DNA of 35,725 nt from a virus. Within the stretch, counting starts at the first letter, position 1, and every line of letters begins with the position of its first letter. A program made the position numbers and the translations under genes. The notes under the pieces were generated by a model. It saw nothing but the letters and a program-made list of their open reading frames with translations, made no database searches and was not told the DNA's origin. Shown in pieces: positions 7,754 to 17,700 of this stretch. Location: IMG/VR virus record IMGVR_UViG_3300044537_000214, one strand, 5' to 3'.

Positions 7754-7905
7754 CACCGCCCGATAATTCAGAAGCGGGCGATAATGATGTAAAACCAACG
7801 TCCGCTAACACGGTGGACGAAATCAAGAAGTATATGGATGAGCATGGAATCAGTTATACTTCTACCGACAATAAGCCTGATTTATTAGCAAAGTTAGGTG
7901 AGTAA
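7735..7905 (+). CDS. Start-less reading frame encoding an HeH (Rho_N/SAP-like) motif; putative -1 frameshift extension of the capsid protein
   Basis: The -1 frame relative to the capsid is open from 7735 to TAA 7903..7905. It encodes ...ITPPDNSEAGDNDVKPTSANTVDEIKKYMDEHGISYTSTDNKPDLLAKLGE. No ATG occurs before 7834, and the GTG at 7813 has no SD. Confidence 0.45.
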   Translation, partial: GFCVKITPPDNSEAGDNDVKPTSANTVDEIKKYMDEHGISYTSTDNKPDLLAKLGE

Positions 7906-7906
7906 T

Positions 7907-8293
7907 ATGGAACAATCTGTAACACTTGAAAATCTAAAAACGATGCTCCAGTTAAAAACTGACAAACAAAATGCCTTACTATCGCTGATTATTGATAATA
8001 CGGAACAGGCGTTAAGATTTAAGCTTGGCTTAGGACAGGATACCCCTTTCCCTAGTGAGCTAGGTTTTATCTCTCTTGAAGTTTGTGTACGACGGTATAA
8101 TCGTATCTCCAATGAAGGAATGGCTTCTTATTCACAAGAAGGACAGTCAATTACTTTTAACTCGTCTGATTTTGATGACTTTGAAGCCGATATTAATGCC
8201 TGGCGAGATCAAAACGGTAAGAATGTTAAGTCGCATGGACGTGTTCAATTCTTTAATCCATATCGGGGTGATAGCCGTGCGGTTCGATCATGA
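7907..8293 (+). CDS. Head-tail connector / adaptor (gp6-like, Phage_connect_1, SPP1 gp15 position)
   Basis: ATG at 7907 follows AGGTGA. The N-terminus MEQSVTLENLKTMLQLKTDKQNALLSLIIDNTEQAL is typical of this family, and the synteny fits. Confidence 0.75.
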   Translation: MEQSVTLENLKTMLQLKTDKQNALLSLIIDNTEQALRFKLGLGQDTPFPSELGFISLEVCVRRYNRISNEGMASYSQEGQSITFNSSDFDDFEADINAWRDQNGKNVKSHGRVQFFNPYRGDSRAVRS

Positions 8294-8594
8294 AATTAAC
8301 TTTTACACAGAGGAAAGTAAGCACTATAATCCGCTAACATCTCAAACGGATTGTGGATCTAAGCTGGTTGCTAGCATGATGGGAAATGTTACCGACGTTG
8401 GTGCTGATCGGACGGTTCGGCTCCTCGGAAGTATTACCCAAGGAGTTAAAATTATTCGGATAGTAGAACCAATCGAAAAACAGTGGGCTTATTTAACAAT
8501 CGATGATGGTCCTACTAAATATCGAATGAGGACAACTACTGTTCCATTAAAGAATGTTTCTATATTGGTAGGTGAAGATGTTGGGAAAACCTAG
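8277..8594 (+). CDS. Head closure / head-tail adaptor (SPP1 gp16-like)
   Basis: GTG at 8277 follows GGGGTGA and overlaps the upstream stop. The ~105-aa size and the synteny fit. The upstream part of track ORF 8076..8594 overlaps the preceding gene and is probably not translated. Confidence 0.65.
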   Translation: MRFDHEINFYTEESKHYNPLTSQTDCGSKLVASMMGNVTDVGADRTVRLLGSITQGVKIIRIVEPIEKQWAYLTIDDGPTKYRMRTTTVPLKNVSILVGEDVGKT

Positions 8595-8940
8595 GATGAA
8601 GCTTGAAGGATTAGATGATTTAACTGTAGCAATAGAAACAAAGATGAATCTTACTGAAGTACCCCAAATCGTAAAGAAACATGGCGCACAATTGTCTAGT
8701 CGTACTCAATCTAATATGCAGGCTGCCTATACTCATGGTTATTCAACTGGACGGACTCGTCGATCAATTAAGCCTATCTTTAGTGATGGTGGAATGACTG
8801 TTTCAGTTGGCCCGACTACTGATTACTTCCCTTATTTGGAATACGGTACTCGGTTTATGTCGGCCATGCCTACTTTGAAACCAGCTTTTGATGTTCAGTC
8901 ACAAATGTTTATCAATGAATTGAAAAGGTTGATGCAATGA
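8572..8940 (+). CDS. HK97 gp10-family tail component
   Basis: The motifs KLEGLDDL...HGAQL...YFPYLEYGT...MPTLKPAF resemble the HK97 gp10 family. The start is uncertain (8572 or 8587). Confidence 0.7.
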   Translation: MKMLGKPRMKLEGLDDLTVAIETKMNLTEVPQIVKKHGAQLSSRTQSNMQAAYTHGYSTGRTRRSIKPIFSDGGMTVSVGPTTDYFPYLEYGTRFMSAMPTLKPAFDVQSQMFINELKRLMQ

Positions 8941-9335
8941 TGAAATCTCCACAACAAGAATTGTATGATTATGTATTTCTAGAATCACTAAACAAAGGGT
9001 ATGACACTTACGATCATTTACCGATGGCTTCTGAAAACGTGAATTATCCTTTTGTGACGCTTGAAAATATGAACCTAGTACCAATCCCGAATAAAATGAG
9101 CATTGGTGCTGAAATAAACCTTACTGTTAACGTATGGGGCAATCAAGATCAACGACTAATGGTTGATACAATCGCTAGTTCGTTGTTAATGATTGCCTCT
9201 TTGTCGTTTAAAACGTTAGATTATCGCTATCGTGGACGAATGACTGGTAGTGATTATCAAATTATTCAAGATACTAGTGTCCCAGATACAGTATTAAATC
9301 ATGCAATTGTTAATTTGAAATTTAGTTTAATTTAG
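8937..9335 (+). CDS. Tail terminator / tail completion protein (SPP1 gp17 position)
   Basis: 132 aa with an ATGA overlap onto the upstream gene. It lies immediately upstream of the major tail protein gene. Confidence 0.6.
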   Translation: MMKSPQQELYDYVFLESLNKGYDTYDHLPMASENVNYPFVTLENMNLVPIPNKMSIGAEINLTVNVWGNQDQRLMVDTIASSLLMIASLSFKTLDYRYRGRMTGSDYQIIQDTSVPDTVLNHAIVNLKFSLI

Positions 9336-9350
9336 AAAGGATGAAAATAA

Positions 9351-9935
9351 ATGGCAAATAACGATATTCAATATTTACAAGGTATTGATACAGTTGCTTA
9401 CGTTCGTTTGCTTGAAAATGCGGCAAAAGAACGTGGCCAACTTATCCCTTACCAAACATCACTGGACTTTGATCCACAACGTGATACAGATACTACACAA
9501 ACTAAACAGGGAGGGGTTCCTACTACTTCTTCATTAGAAACTGATTTAGAAATTGAGTTTGTGCATAACATTAGTAAGGTGTCGGATGATCTAATGACCT
9601 CGCTCTTGAAGAATAAGGATATTGAAGTATGGATTGTATACCGGAAGCGGCGCAATCCACAAGGTCAATATTTTGCTTGGTACATGCGTGGGATTGTATC
9701 CGAAGATGAAAATGAGAACGATCCGGATGACAACTCAACTCGTGATGTAACTTTCACCATCAAAGGCGAACCCCAACGTGGATGGTTAACACTACCAGAT
9801 GATGCGGAAGAAGAATTATCTTATGTCTTCCAAGGTATCGGTCAAGTTACAGAACAAGATAAGACTGGTGGTGGTACTACTTTTACTGCTGAAGATGCTG
9901 GTAAAGGTTCAGATACAGCTCCAGCGAGTAAATAA
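9351..9935 (+). CDS. Major tail protein
   Basis: 194 aa, positioned upstream of the chaperone pair and the TMP gene. It has an acidic C-terminal tail. Confidence 0.8.
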   Translation: MANNDIQYLQGIDTVAYVRLLENAAKERGQLIPYQTSLDFDPQRDTDTTQTKQGGVPTTSSLETDLEIEFVHNISKVSDDLMTSLLKNKDIEVWIVYRKRRNPQGQYFAWYMRGIVSEDENENDPDDNSTRDVTFTIKGEPQRGWLTLPDDAEEELSYVFQGIGQVTEQDKTGGGTTFTAEDAGKGSDTAPASK

Positions 9936-9965
9936 TCCAGAAAAGAATGAAGGAGAAGAATAATT

Positions 9966-10298
9966 ATGGAAATTAAATTAAATGATAAAACAGTTCAATT
10001 AAACTTTGGTGTGCGTTTTGTTCGTGAACTTGATAAGGTTGCAGGGATGTCAGTTAATGGCCAATCTTTTGGCTTTGGATTAACTAAGTCTTTGCCTGCT
10101 TTACAAGCTTACGATCCAGCAGTTTTAAGTGATGTAATTTACTCTGCCGCTTATGGAGTAAAGCCACGGCCAACGCAGAATACAATCGATGACTTCATTG
10201 ATAATTGTGAAAACTTAGAAAAGGTATTTAATGAAGTTCAAAAGGAAATTAATGACTCAAATGCTGTTAAGGTAGCAGCAAAAAACATGAAGCCCTAG
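9966..10298 (+). CDS. Tail assembly chaperone (gpG-like)
   Basis: 110 aa, located between the major tail protein and TMP genes. A slippery heptamer lies near its 3' end. Confidence 0.8.
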   Translation: MEIKLNDKTVQLNFGVRFVRELDKVAGMSVNGQSFGFGLTKSLPALQAYDPAVLSDVIYSAAYGVKPRPTQNTIDDFIDNCENLEKVFNEVQKEINDSNAVKVAAKNMKP

Positions 10299-10738
10299 AA
10301 GAGCCGCAGACAAGTGAACAGCAGTATCACGAAATACTGCTAAATGGCCTAGCTCTTCTAGGCTTTTCTAATATTGAAGATATTGAACGAATGACTTTAA
10401 GAGAGTATCAATTGCGACTTGAAGCATATAAGATTCATCAGGTTAGAGAGCAGGAAAATCTTGCGACTCTTGCTTGGTGGATTCAAAGCGTTCAGGCAAC
10501 TAAAGGAAGTGCAAAGCATCCTAAACCCGTCTTTAGTGAATTTAAAGACTTTTTTGATTCTCAAAAACTGATTGATCAAATTCGTTCTAGTTTTGAAGCT
10601 GATTATAGTCCACGAGCTAGTGCTACTAAAGCGATTGACCGAGCACAAATTTTTAATCGTCGACTGGAAGAATTTAAGAAACTAAAAGCGGCTGGAAAAA
10701 TCGTCCCACTTAAAGAAAGGGGGATGAACAATGGCTGA
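9966..10738 (+). CDS. Tail assembly chaperone, -1 frameshift fusion product (gpGT-like)
   Basis: The -1 frame is open from 10271 to 10738 and contains track ORF 10391..10738. The heptamer A_AAA_AAC at 10280..10286 is in the correct zero-frame register. Confidence 0.75.
10280..10286 (+). promoter_or_regulatory. Programmed -1 ribosomal frameshift slippery heptamer A AAA AAC
   Basis: In gca gca AAA AAC atg, the zero-frame codons are AAA (10281) and AAC (10284). The stop in the G frame is only 4 codons downstream. Confidence 0.75.
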
Positions 10739-13700
10739 TAGTTATAGTGTTAGAGCAATCCTATCTGCAGTTGACCAATCCTTTAGTTCAACATTAGCAA
10801 AAGCTGGTCAGGCAACCCAATCGTTTGGAAAAATGGTAGATTCCCGAATGAATGGTGTTGGTAAAGCTATGACCGTAGCCGGTGCGGCTACTACTGCAAT
10901 GGGGATGAAGTCTGTTAAATCATTTGGTGACTTTCAAGCTTCACTAAACCAGGCGGCAGTTATTGCCGGCGGTACAGCTAAGGATATTGACGGCTTATCC
11001 GATGTTGCCAACCGAATGGGTGCTGTTTTGCCAATCAGTGCCCAAGATGCTGCTGACGCTATGGTTGAAATGGCACGAAATGGTGCTTCATTAGATGACA
11101 TCAAGAAACAATTCCCTGCAATTGCTCAAGCATCAACGGCGGCTGGATCTGACTTACAAGCAACCGCTGGAGTCGTACAACAAGCCATGAATATCTGGGG
11201 AGATAGTTTGAAATCTCCTCAACAGGCTGCTGCTATTTTAGTTCAAACTGCGAATGCCTCAAATGCATCAATCGAAGATATGCAACAAGCATTAGCAACA
11301 ATTGGTTCTACTGCTAAGATGGCTGGCATGGATATGGGTACGACAGCTGAAGCAATTGGATTGCTTACTAATCGTGGCTTCTCGGCTGCACAAGCTTCAG
11401 ATGACCTTAACCATGCTATTACGCAGATGTTGGCACCTTCCTCTGTTGCTAAGAAGCAAATGGATGCCTTAGGTTTATCTTTTGTTGATAGTGCCGGAAA
11501 GATGAAACCATTCCCACAAATTCTTCAAGAAATTGCCGATAAGACAGACGGGATGGGTGAAGCGCAAAAAACGGCTGCATTGAAAGCGATGTTTGGCGCT
11601 TCTGGAATGAAAGCAATTATTCCGTTACTAGAATCTGTTAAAGACACTACTGGTGATGCTAAAACGAGTTGGTCCGCTTATGCCGAAGAACAAGATAAAG
11701 CGGCACATTCAACTGCAGCTGCTACAAAATTTTTAGCTAATCAAGCTAACGAAATGCAGCAGAATATTGGTTCAAAAATTGAACAAGTAGGCGGTAATTG
11801 GGAAGCACTTCGCAATAAAGCAATGGCTGCTAAAGGTGGCGTTAATGGTGCTTTACTAGACATGATTAACCAAACGTTAGAGTGGGCAACCACTTCTGAT
11901 AGTAGTACTGCAAAGGTTATCAAGGGATTTATTGGACTATCTCCAGTAATTGGTCCAGCTGTAACTGCAGTAGGAGCTTTTACTACCAATCTTGGTAAGA
12001 TTATTGGGATTGGTGGTAGTGTCATAGGCACTATCGGTAATCTTGGTAAGACGTTCCTTGTTCTTAAGCAAGCATCGAACTTAAAGACTGCTATTACAGC
12101 CTTGAAGGCTTTAGGTAAGGAGTCTTTAATTGCAAGAACTGCAGCTGTTGCTTTATCAGCTGGATTAAAAATTGCAACTGCGGCACAGTGGTTATTTAAC
12201 GCTGCAATGGATGCAAATCCGTTAGGACTTATAGTAATAGCCATTGCGGCTGTTGTTGCTGCATTAACACTCTTCTTTACTAAAACAAAGCTAGGACAAC
12301 AAATATGGGCTAATTTTGTTAACTTCTTAAAGCAAGCATGGGCTGGCCTAAAAGCCTTAGCTACTACTGTTTGGAATGCAATTGGTCAAGCAATCTCTCA
12401 TCCTGTTGAAACAATTAAAGGGTTGTGGAATAACCTCTCTAGTTGGTTTGGTCAACTATGGCAAAACATTGTTAATACGGCTAAATCCTTATGGAGTGGT
12501 TTCGCTCAGTCTTTTAGTCCGATAGTAGAAGCAGTAAAGAGTATTTGGAATGGAATCTCAGAATTCTTTAGTACTTTATGGCAGGGTATTATTACAACTG
12601 CACAAGGAGTATGGAATAGTTTTGTTCAAGGAATGGCACCTATTGTTGAAGCAGTGAAGAATTTGTGGAGTGCGTTAACGGATTTCTTTAGTGTTCTTTG
12701 GCAAGGGATAGTAACTGTTGCTCAAGGAATATGGCAGACTTTTGTTCAAATATTTACGCCAATTGTAGAAAACATCAAAACTATTTGGCAAGCACTTCAA
12801 CCGTTCTTTAGTACTTTATGGCAAGGTATTGTCACAGCGGCACAAATTATTTGGCAACAACTAGTTACAGTGGTTCAAACAGTATGGTCGCAAATTCAAG
12901 CAGTCGTTCAGACATCAATTCAGGTACTATCTACTATTGTTCAAGCAGGTATGCAAGTAATTCAGACGGTCTGGTCTACAGTTTGGAATGTAATTAAAAC
13001 TATAGTTCAAACGGTTTGGAATATTATATCTACAATAGTTTCAACTGCAATCAATGCTATCGCAGGAATTATTAGAGCAGTAACAGCTGCTATTAAAGGC
13101 GATTGGTCAGGTGCTTGGAATGAGATCAAGGGCGTTGTCACTACTGTTTGGAATGGTATTAAGTCAGTTGTAACAACTGCAATTAATGGTGTTAAATCAG
13201 TCATTTCTAGTGTGATGAATGGAATCCGTTCTGTAATGAGTTCTATTTGGAATGCTATTAAGAATATTATTTCTAGCGTTATGAACGGTATACGATCTGT
13301 TGTATCAAGTGGCATGAGCGGTGTTCGTTCTGTTGTTTCAAGCATGATGAGTTCTGTTCGATCGGCGTTTAGTGCTGGTTGGAATGCTGCTAAGAGTGTT
13401 ACTTCTAGTGGTATTCGTGGAGCAGTTAACATTGTTCGCTCGATGGCAAGTGGGATGGTTTCTGCAGGTCGCAATTTCGTTATGGGATTTGTAAATGGTA
13501 TTCGTGGGGCTATTGGCGCTGCTGCTAGTGCAGCTGCAAATATGGCTCGTTCTGCGATGAACGCTGCTAAATCTGCTTTAGGAATCCATTCACCATCCCG
13601 TGTTATGCGAGACCAGGTTGGGTACTATGTTGTAGCTGGATTCGCCAAAGGTATGAACGATAACACCAATTTGATTGATAAGGCAGCTAATAATCTTGCT

Positions 13701-13925
13701 GCTCACGCAATGCCATCCGTTGATATTGGTAACTCAATTAATGGTGTTCTTAGTCACGGCAATCTCACTAATAACATTGGTGGTAAAATCGACCATCAAC
13801 TCAATATTAATCAACAGCCGGCCTATATTAATCTTTCACTGGGCGGAACAGAATATCGGGCTTTTGTTGAAGATATTAGTCGTGAACAAGGAGCGCAAAC
13901 TTCATTAAGACAATTTAGATTTTAG
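10731..13925 (+). CDS. Tail tape measure protein
   Basis: 1064 aa. It has a TP901-type core (GMDMGTTAEAIGLLTNRGFSAAQASDDLNHAI), central hydrophobic segments, W-periodic repeats and the C-terminal motif LGIHSPSRVM. Confidence 0.95.
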   Translation: MADSYSVRAILSAVDQSFSSTLAKAGQATQSFGKMVDSRMNGVGKAMTVAGAATTAMGMKSVKSFGDFQASLNQAAVIAGGTAKDIDGLSDVANRMGAVLPISAQDAADAMVEMARNGASLDDIKKQFPAIAQASTAAGSDLQATAGVVQQAMNIWGDSLKSPQQAAAILVQTANASNASIEDMQQALATIGSTAKMAGMDMGTTAEAIGLLTNRGFSAAQASDDLNHAITQMLAPSSVAKKQMDALGLSFVDSAGKMKPFPQILQEIADKTDGMGEAQKTAALKAMFGASGMKAIIPLLESVKDTTGDAKTSWSAYAEEQDKAAHSTAAATKFLANQANEMQQNIGSKIEQVGGNWEALRNKAMAAKGGVNGALLDMINQTLEWATTSDSSTAKVIKGFIGLSPVIGPAVTAVGAFTTNLGKIIGIGGSVIGTIGNLGKTFLVLKQASNLKTAITALKALGKESLIARTAAVALSAGLKIATAAQWLFNAAMDANPLGLIVIAIAAVVAALTLFFTKTKLGQQIWANFVNFLKQAWAGLKALATTVWNAIGQAISHPVETIKGLWNNLSSWFGQLWQNIVNTAKSLWSGFAQSFSPIVEAVKSIWNGISEFFSTLWQGIITTAQGVWNSFVQGMAPIVEAVKNLWSALTDFFSVLWQGIVTVAQGIWQTFVQIFTPIVENIKTIWQALQPFFSTLWQGIVTAAQIIWQQLVTVVQTVWSQIQAVVQTSIQVLSTIVQAGMQVIQTVWSTVWNVIKTIVQTVWNIISTIVSTAINAIAGIIRAVTAAIKGDWSGAWNEIKGVVTTVWNGIKSVVTTAINGVKSVISSVMNGIRSVMSSIWNAIKNIISSVMNGIRSVVSSGMSGVRSVVSSMMSSVRSAFSAGWNAAKSVTSSGIRGAVNIVRSMASGMVSAGRNFVMGFVNGIRGAIGAAASAAANMARSAMNAAKSALGIHSPSRVMRDQVGYYVVAGFAKGMNDNTNLIDKAANNLAAHAMPSVDIGNSINGVLSHGNLTNNIGGKIDHQLNINQQPAYINLSLGGTEYRAFVEDISREQGAQTSLRQFRF
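12399..12878 (+). repeat. Four tandem 120-nt (40-aa) in-frame repeats within the TMP gene
   Basis: Units start at 12399, 12519, 12639 and 12759. Examples are PIVEAVKSIWNGISEFFSTLWQGIITTAQGVWNSFVQGMA and PIVEAVKNLWSALTDFFSVLWQGIVTVAQGIWQTFVQIFT. Confidence 0.9.
13146..13574 (+). repeat. About 13 degenerate 33-nt (11-aa) repeats within the TMP gene
   Basis: Consecutive units include VMNGIRSVMSS, IWNAIKNIISS, VMNGIRSVVSS, GMSGVRSVVSS, MMSSVRSAFSA and GWNAAKSVTSS. Confidence 0.8.
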
Positions 13926-13931
13926 GAGGTA

Positions 13932-14723
13932 ATGGTTATGTATGGTTTTACTAACTTAGACATTAACCCATCTATTAACAGCCCCACTCGCCCAGTGGAG
14001 GCTATTAATTATGGTGGTCACTGGTTGGACGATGAGATTACGGGTTTTACCACCTTAGTTGTGAGTGGTAGGCATACTTTTTCAAGGGCCGTAAATGATG
14101 TTGATTTAACTGGTGATGGAAATATGTATTTATCATCAAAATTAGAGAAGCGAACAATCGAAGTTAAGTTTCTGATTAAAACAGATTCTATTTCTGAATA
14201 TAATCGACAAATGGAGCAGCTAAATATCATTTTAGCTAAACCACATCAAAAGTTATTCTTTGATGACTATCCAGAAGCCGTTTATACAGGAACTGTAACT
14301 TCAATTGAAATGGAAAATGATATTTTGAATGATACCGGAACTATTAAGATAGAGTGTAGTGATCCATTTGCTTATAGTAATGAACAAAATTCTTCTGGTA
14401 CAGGTAACAGTTATCAAATTCCAACAGCTGGGTTAAATTATAATCAAACTCCGGAAGAAATTATTTTCTATCCTAGTACTGATATTGCCTCGTTAACAAT
14501 TACGAACGGAGATAAAAAGATTGAGATTAACCAGGGGATTACTGCTAATACTAAAGTGCTAATCGATTTCAATACGCTTGATGTTGTTATTAATGAAGTT
14601 TCTGCATTGATGAACGTCACTTTGGAGAGTAATCTTAATGATTTTTACATTGAGGATGGTGATACGATTCTTTTTTCAGCAAATGGAAAATATGAGATTA
14701 GGTATAAGGTGAAGAAATTATGA
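13932..14723 (+). CDS. Distal tail protein (Dit, Sipho_tail family)
   Basis: 263 aa directly after the TMP gene. The ATG at 13938 is better spaced from AGGAGG (13924..13929) than the ATG at 13932. Confidence 0.8.
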   Translation: MVMYGFTNLDINPSINSPTRPVEAINYGGHWLDDEITGFTTLVVSGRHTFSRAVNDVDLTGDGNMYLSSKLEKRTIEVKFLIKTDSISEYNRQMEQLNIILAKPHQKLFFDDYPEAVYTGTVTSIEMENDILNDTGTIKIECSDPFAYSNEQNSSGTGNSYQIPTAGLNYNQTPEEIIFYPSTDIASLTITNGDKKIEINQGITANTKVLIDFNTLDVVINEVSALMNVTLESNLNDFYIEDGDTILFSANGKYEIRYKVKKL

Positions 14724-17700
14724 GAATGTATCTATTAGACAGAAAGCAACGTGTCAGACGTTGGCTCAAAGATAATGATTTCATTGAAGCTGAAATGACT
14801 GAAGAAATTAATGCAGCTAATCAGATTACTTTTTCTTTACCATTGAAAGAACGCATTGCTAATAACATTTACTATGTTGCAATTCCAACACCACACAGTA
14901 AGCAAAAATATTTATTGTTTAAGCTTCTTAGTGAACGGGTACAAAACGATCGAATTGAGTACCAAGGGATTGAAGAAGCGTACGATGAATTAAAGCAATA
15001 CGGCTATATTAAAGATATTCGCCCGAATGACCGAACCGCTGAAGAAATGCTAAAGATGGTTCTTGAACCAACACGTTGGACACTGGGTAATGTTCCGGAG
15101 ACTAATCACCAGTCAACAAATTTTTACTATATTAGTTATCTTGAAGCTCTACAGAAAATTGTAGGGCTTTTTAATATTGAACTAACTTTTGAGGTCGCGA
15201 TTGATCCCAAGAGCAATAAAATTACTCGTCGTCAGGTTAATGTCTATACAGAACAAGGACAGCGAACGGGCAAACGTTTTGAGTATGGTTCTAACTTGCT
15301 GACAGTACAACAAGAACAGGATAGTCAGGAATTGATCACGGCACTGGTTGGTCGTGGTAAAGGTGAGTTAGTTTCAGAAGGTCACGATGATACTCCTGAT
15401 GGCTATGGACGGCGAATTACTTTTGCCGATGTAGTTTGGACTAAAAAGGATGGTCATCCAGTCGATAAGCCAGCAGGTCAGGAGTATTTGGTTGATCCAG
15501 AAGCAACGGCGCTTTATGGCTTTAGTGATGGTAATCCTCGGATTGGCTTAACTGTTTTTGAAGACATTGAAGATCCAGTTGAATTAATCAATGCTACTTG
15601 GCGGGCCTTGCAATCACTAAAGCGTCCTAAAGTAAGTTTCAAAGCTGATGTCACTGATGTGGGTCAATTGGGTCTTGGCGATACAGTTGCAATTATCCGT
15701 CATGACTTAAAAATTGAGTATTTCACACGGGTCTACAAGGTCAAACATAACTTACTCAATGAAAATAATAACCAGATTGAACTAGGAGATGATTTTAGCG
15801 GTCATAGTATTACTAGCTCAATAATTAAAGTTGATGAAATTGCTAACGAGGCCAGAGAGACTGCCGGTCATGCTGCTATTGCTGCTAATGGTAAAAACAA
15901 TAATTATTATTCTAGTGTTCAGCCATTAGCACCAGTCGAAGGTGATATTTGGTATAAAGACTTAGGCAATGGTGAAACTGATATGTATCAATATCACAAT
16001 GGTGGTTGGGTATTTATCCAATCTACCCGTGATTTACATGTAGTGGAGAACCAAGTCAAGGAAGCCCAAGACGGGCTAAACCAAGCCAAAGCAGATATTA
16101 TCAACAACAAGCAAAAAGCTGATGCGGACATTGAGAACCTCAATAAATCAATTGAAGTTAATAAAAAAGTTGCCGATGAAAGTTTAAAAAAGCTAAACGA
16201 TTCGGTAACTAATCTGCAAGGTCAGTATGATAACAATGTTGTTCCTAACTTGAATAAGGTAATGGCTGATGCGTCTGACGCTTTGCAGAAATATATAACT
16301 GCTCAAAATTCAATTGCTGATTTAACCAAGCAGGCACAACAACAAGGTAAAGACATTGCTGATGTAACTAACACCGTTAAAGGATTGAATGTCAATTACG
16401 CCAATTTAGCAGGAGATGTTAATTCCACTAAAGTGGATGTAAAAGGTCTACAAACCACTATTGGTACTGCTAACGGCGATATTGCCCAGTTAAAGCTTGA
16501 TGCACAGAATTTACAAACGATGTTAGCTGGTAAAGTTGATAATACTATCTACACGAATTTTGTTAATCTGACTAATCAAGCTCTGAACGCTCGGTTAACT
16601 GCTAGTGATTTAAGTGGTTACGCTAAAACTGTAGATGTGCAAGCTACGGCTAATGGGTTACGGGTTGATTTAAATAGCGTCACTGATCGAATGAATAATT
16701 TGAAAATTGGAACGAGTAATCTTCTCCACCATTCAGACACATTTGACGGATGGATTAAAGGTTATTCAGTTACTGTTACAGCGGACAAATATCTTGATGG
16801 TAGAATTGCTATTCTTGGAGGCGCTGGTGTAGACGGCGGACAACTTACTACTTTTCTGGATGGTCCATATAACAATGATCTAGTAACATGGGTAGTTTAT
16901 GCCAGAGCAGAGAATGCTGGAGATAAAATGCATACAGAATTATGGGGAGGTGGAGGTTATACAGATCAAAGCCTCACTACCAAATGGCAAGCTTATAAAT
17001 TTTCTGGTCATAGAAATATTGATCACCCTGACTTTTATTTGTGGGGCTGCGTTGGTAACAAGGGAAATATTTATGTAGCTTTACCCTTTGCTGTTGTTGG
17101 TAACACAATTGGAACTTGGGGGCCTAATGCAAGTGATATAAATCATGACTTAAATGAATTATCTGCTCGGGTTAACGTTACTAGCCAACAATTTAGTAGC
17201 TACTACACCAAATCAGAGACTGATACTAAAGCTGATGTCGCTAAAAATGATGCTGTTAACGCGATCAAGAGTGACGGTAATTGGCAAGGGTTAAGTAATA
17301 TTTTGACTAATTCAGGATTCTTACAAACTGCTGATGGTTTCCTTCAAAAAGTTCAACAAACCACTGTCCCCATGTTCAATGGTGGTGGTGTTAATTTAGT
17401 AAAAGATACAAGTGAATCAGAAATATCAGGTAAAGCTTATGATATAAAAGATTACTATTTCTCTGAACCACTTGAACCGAATACTAAATATACAATTTCT
17501 ATTGATGCGAAAGTTGATCAAGAAGCATTAAACCATCAACAATTTATTTTTGTTGATCCTTATACTGCTAATTGGTCTTGGGGCGCTCAAATGAGTTGCA
17601 TATCAGCTAGCCTTGAATATCAACATTATAGATATACATTTATTACACCGGATGCTTCTCAAAAGGTTACTAATATTTCAGTTTATTTAGCTCGTCCAGA

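Noticed and set aside
8076-8276. The 5' extension of track ORF 8076..8594, which overlaps the connector gene by about 200 nt
   Set aside because: The extension has no SD and gives an unconvincing peptide. The GTG at 8277, after GGGGTGA, yields a protein of the size expected for a head-closure protein.
11741-13474. Long antisense ORFs inside the tape measure gene (11741..12244 - and 13007..13474 -)
   Set aside because: These are shadow ORFs on the opposite strand of a repeat-rich, Ala/Val/Ser-biased coding region. They have no RBS, low-complexity translations, and lie fully inside a well-supported gene.
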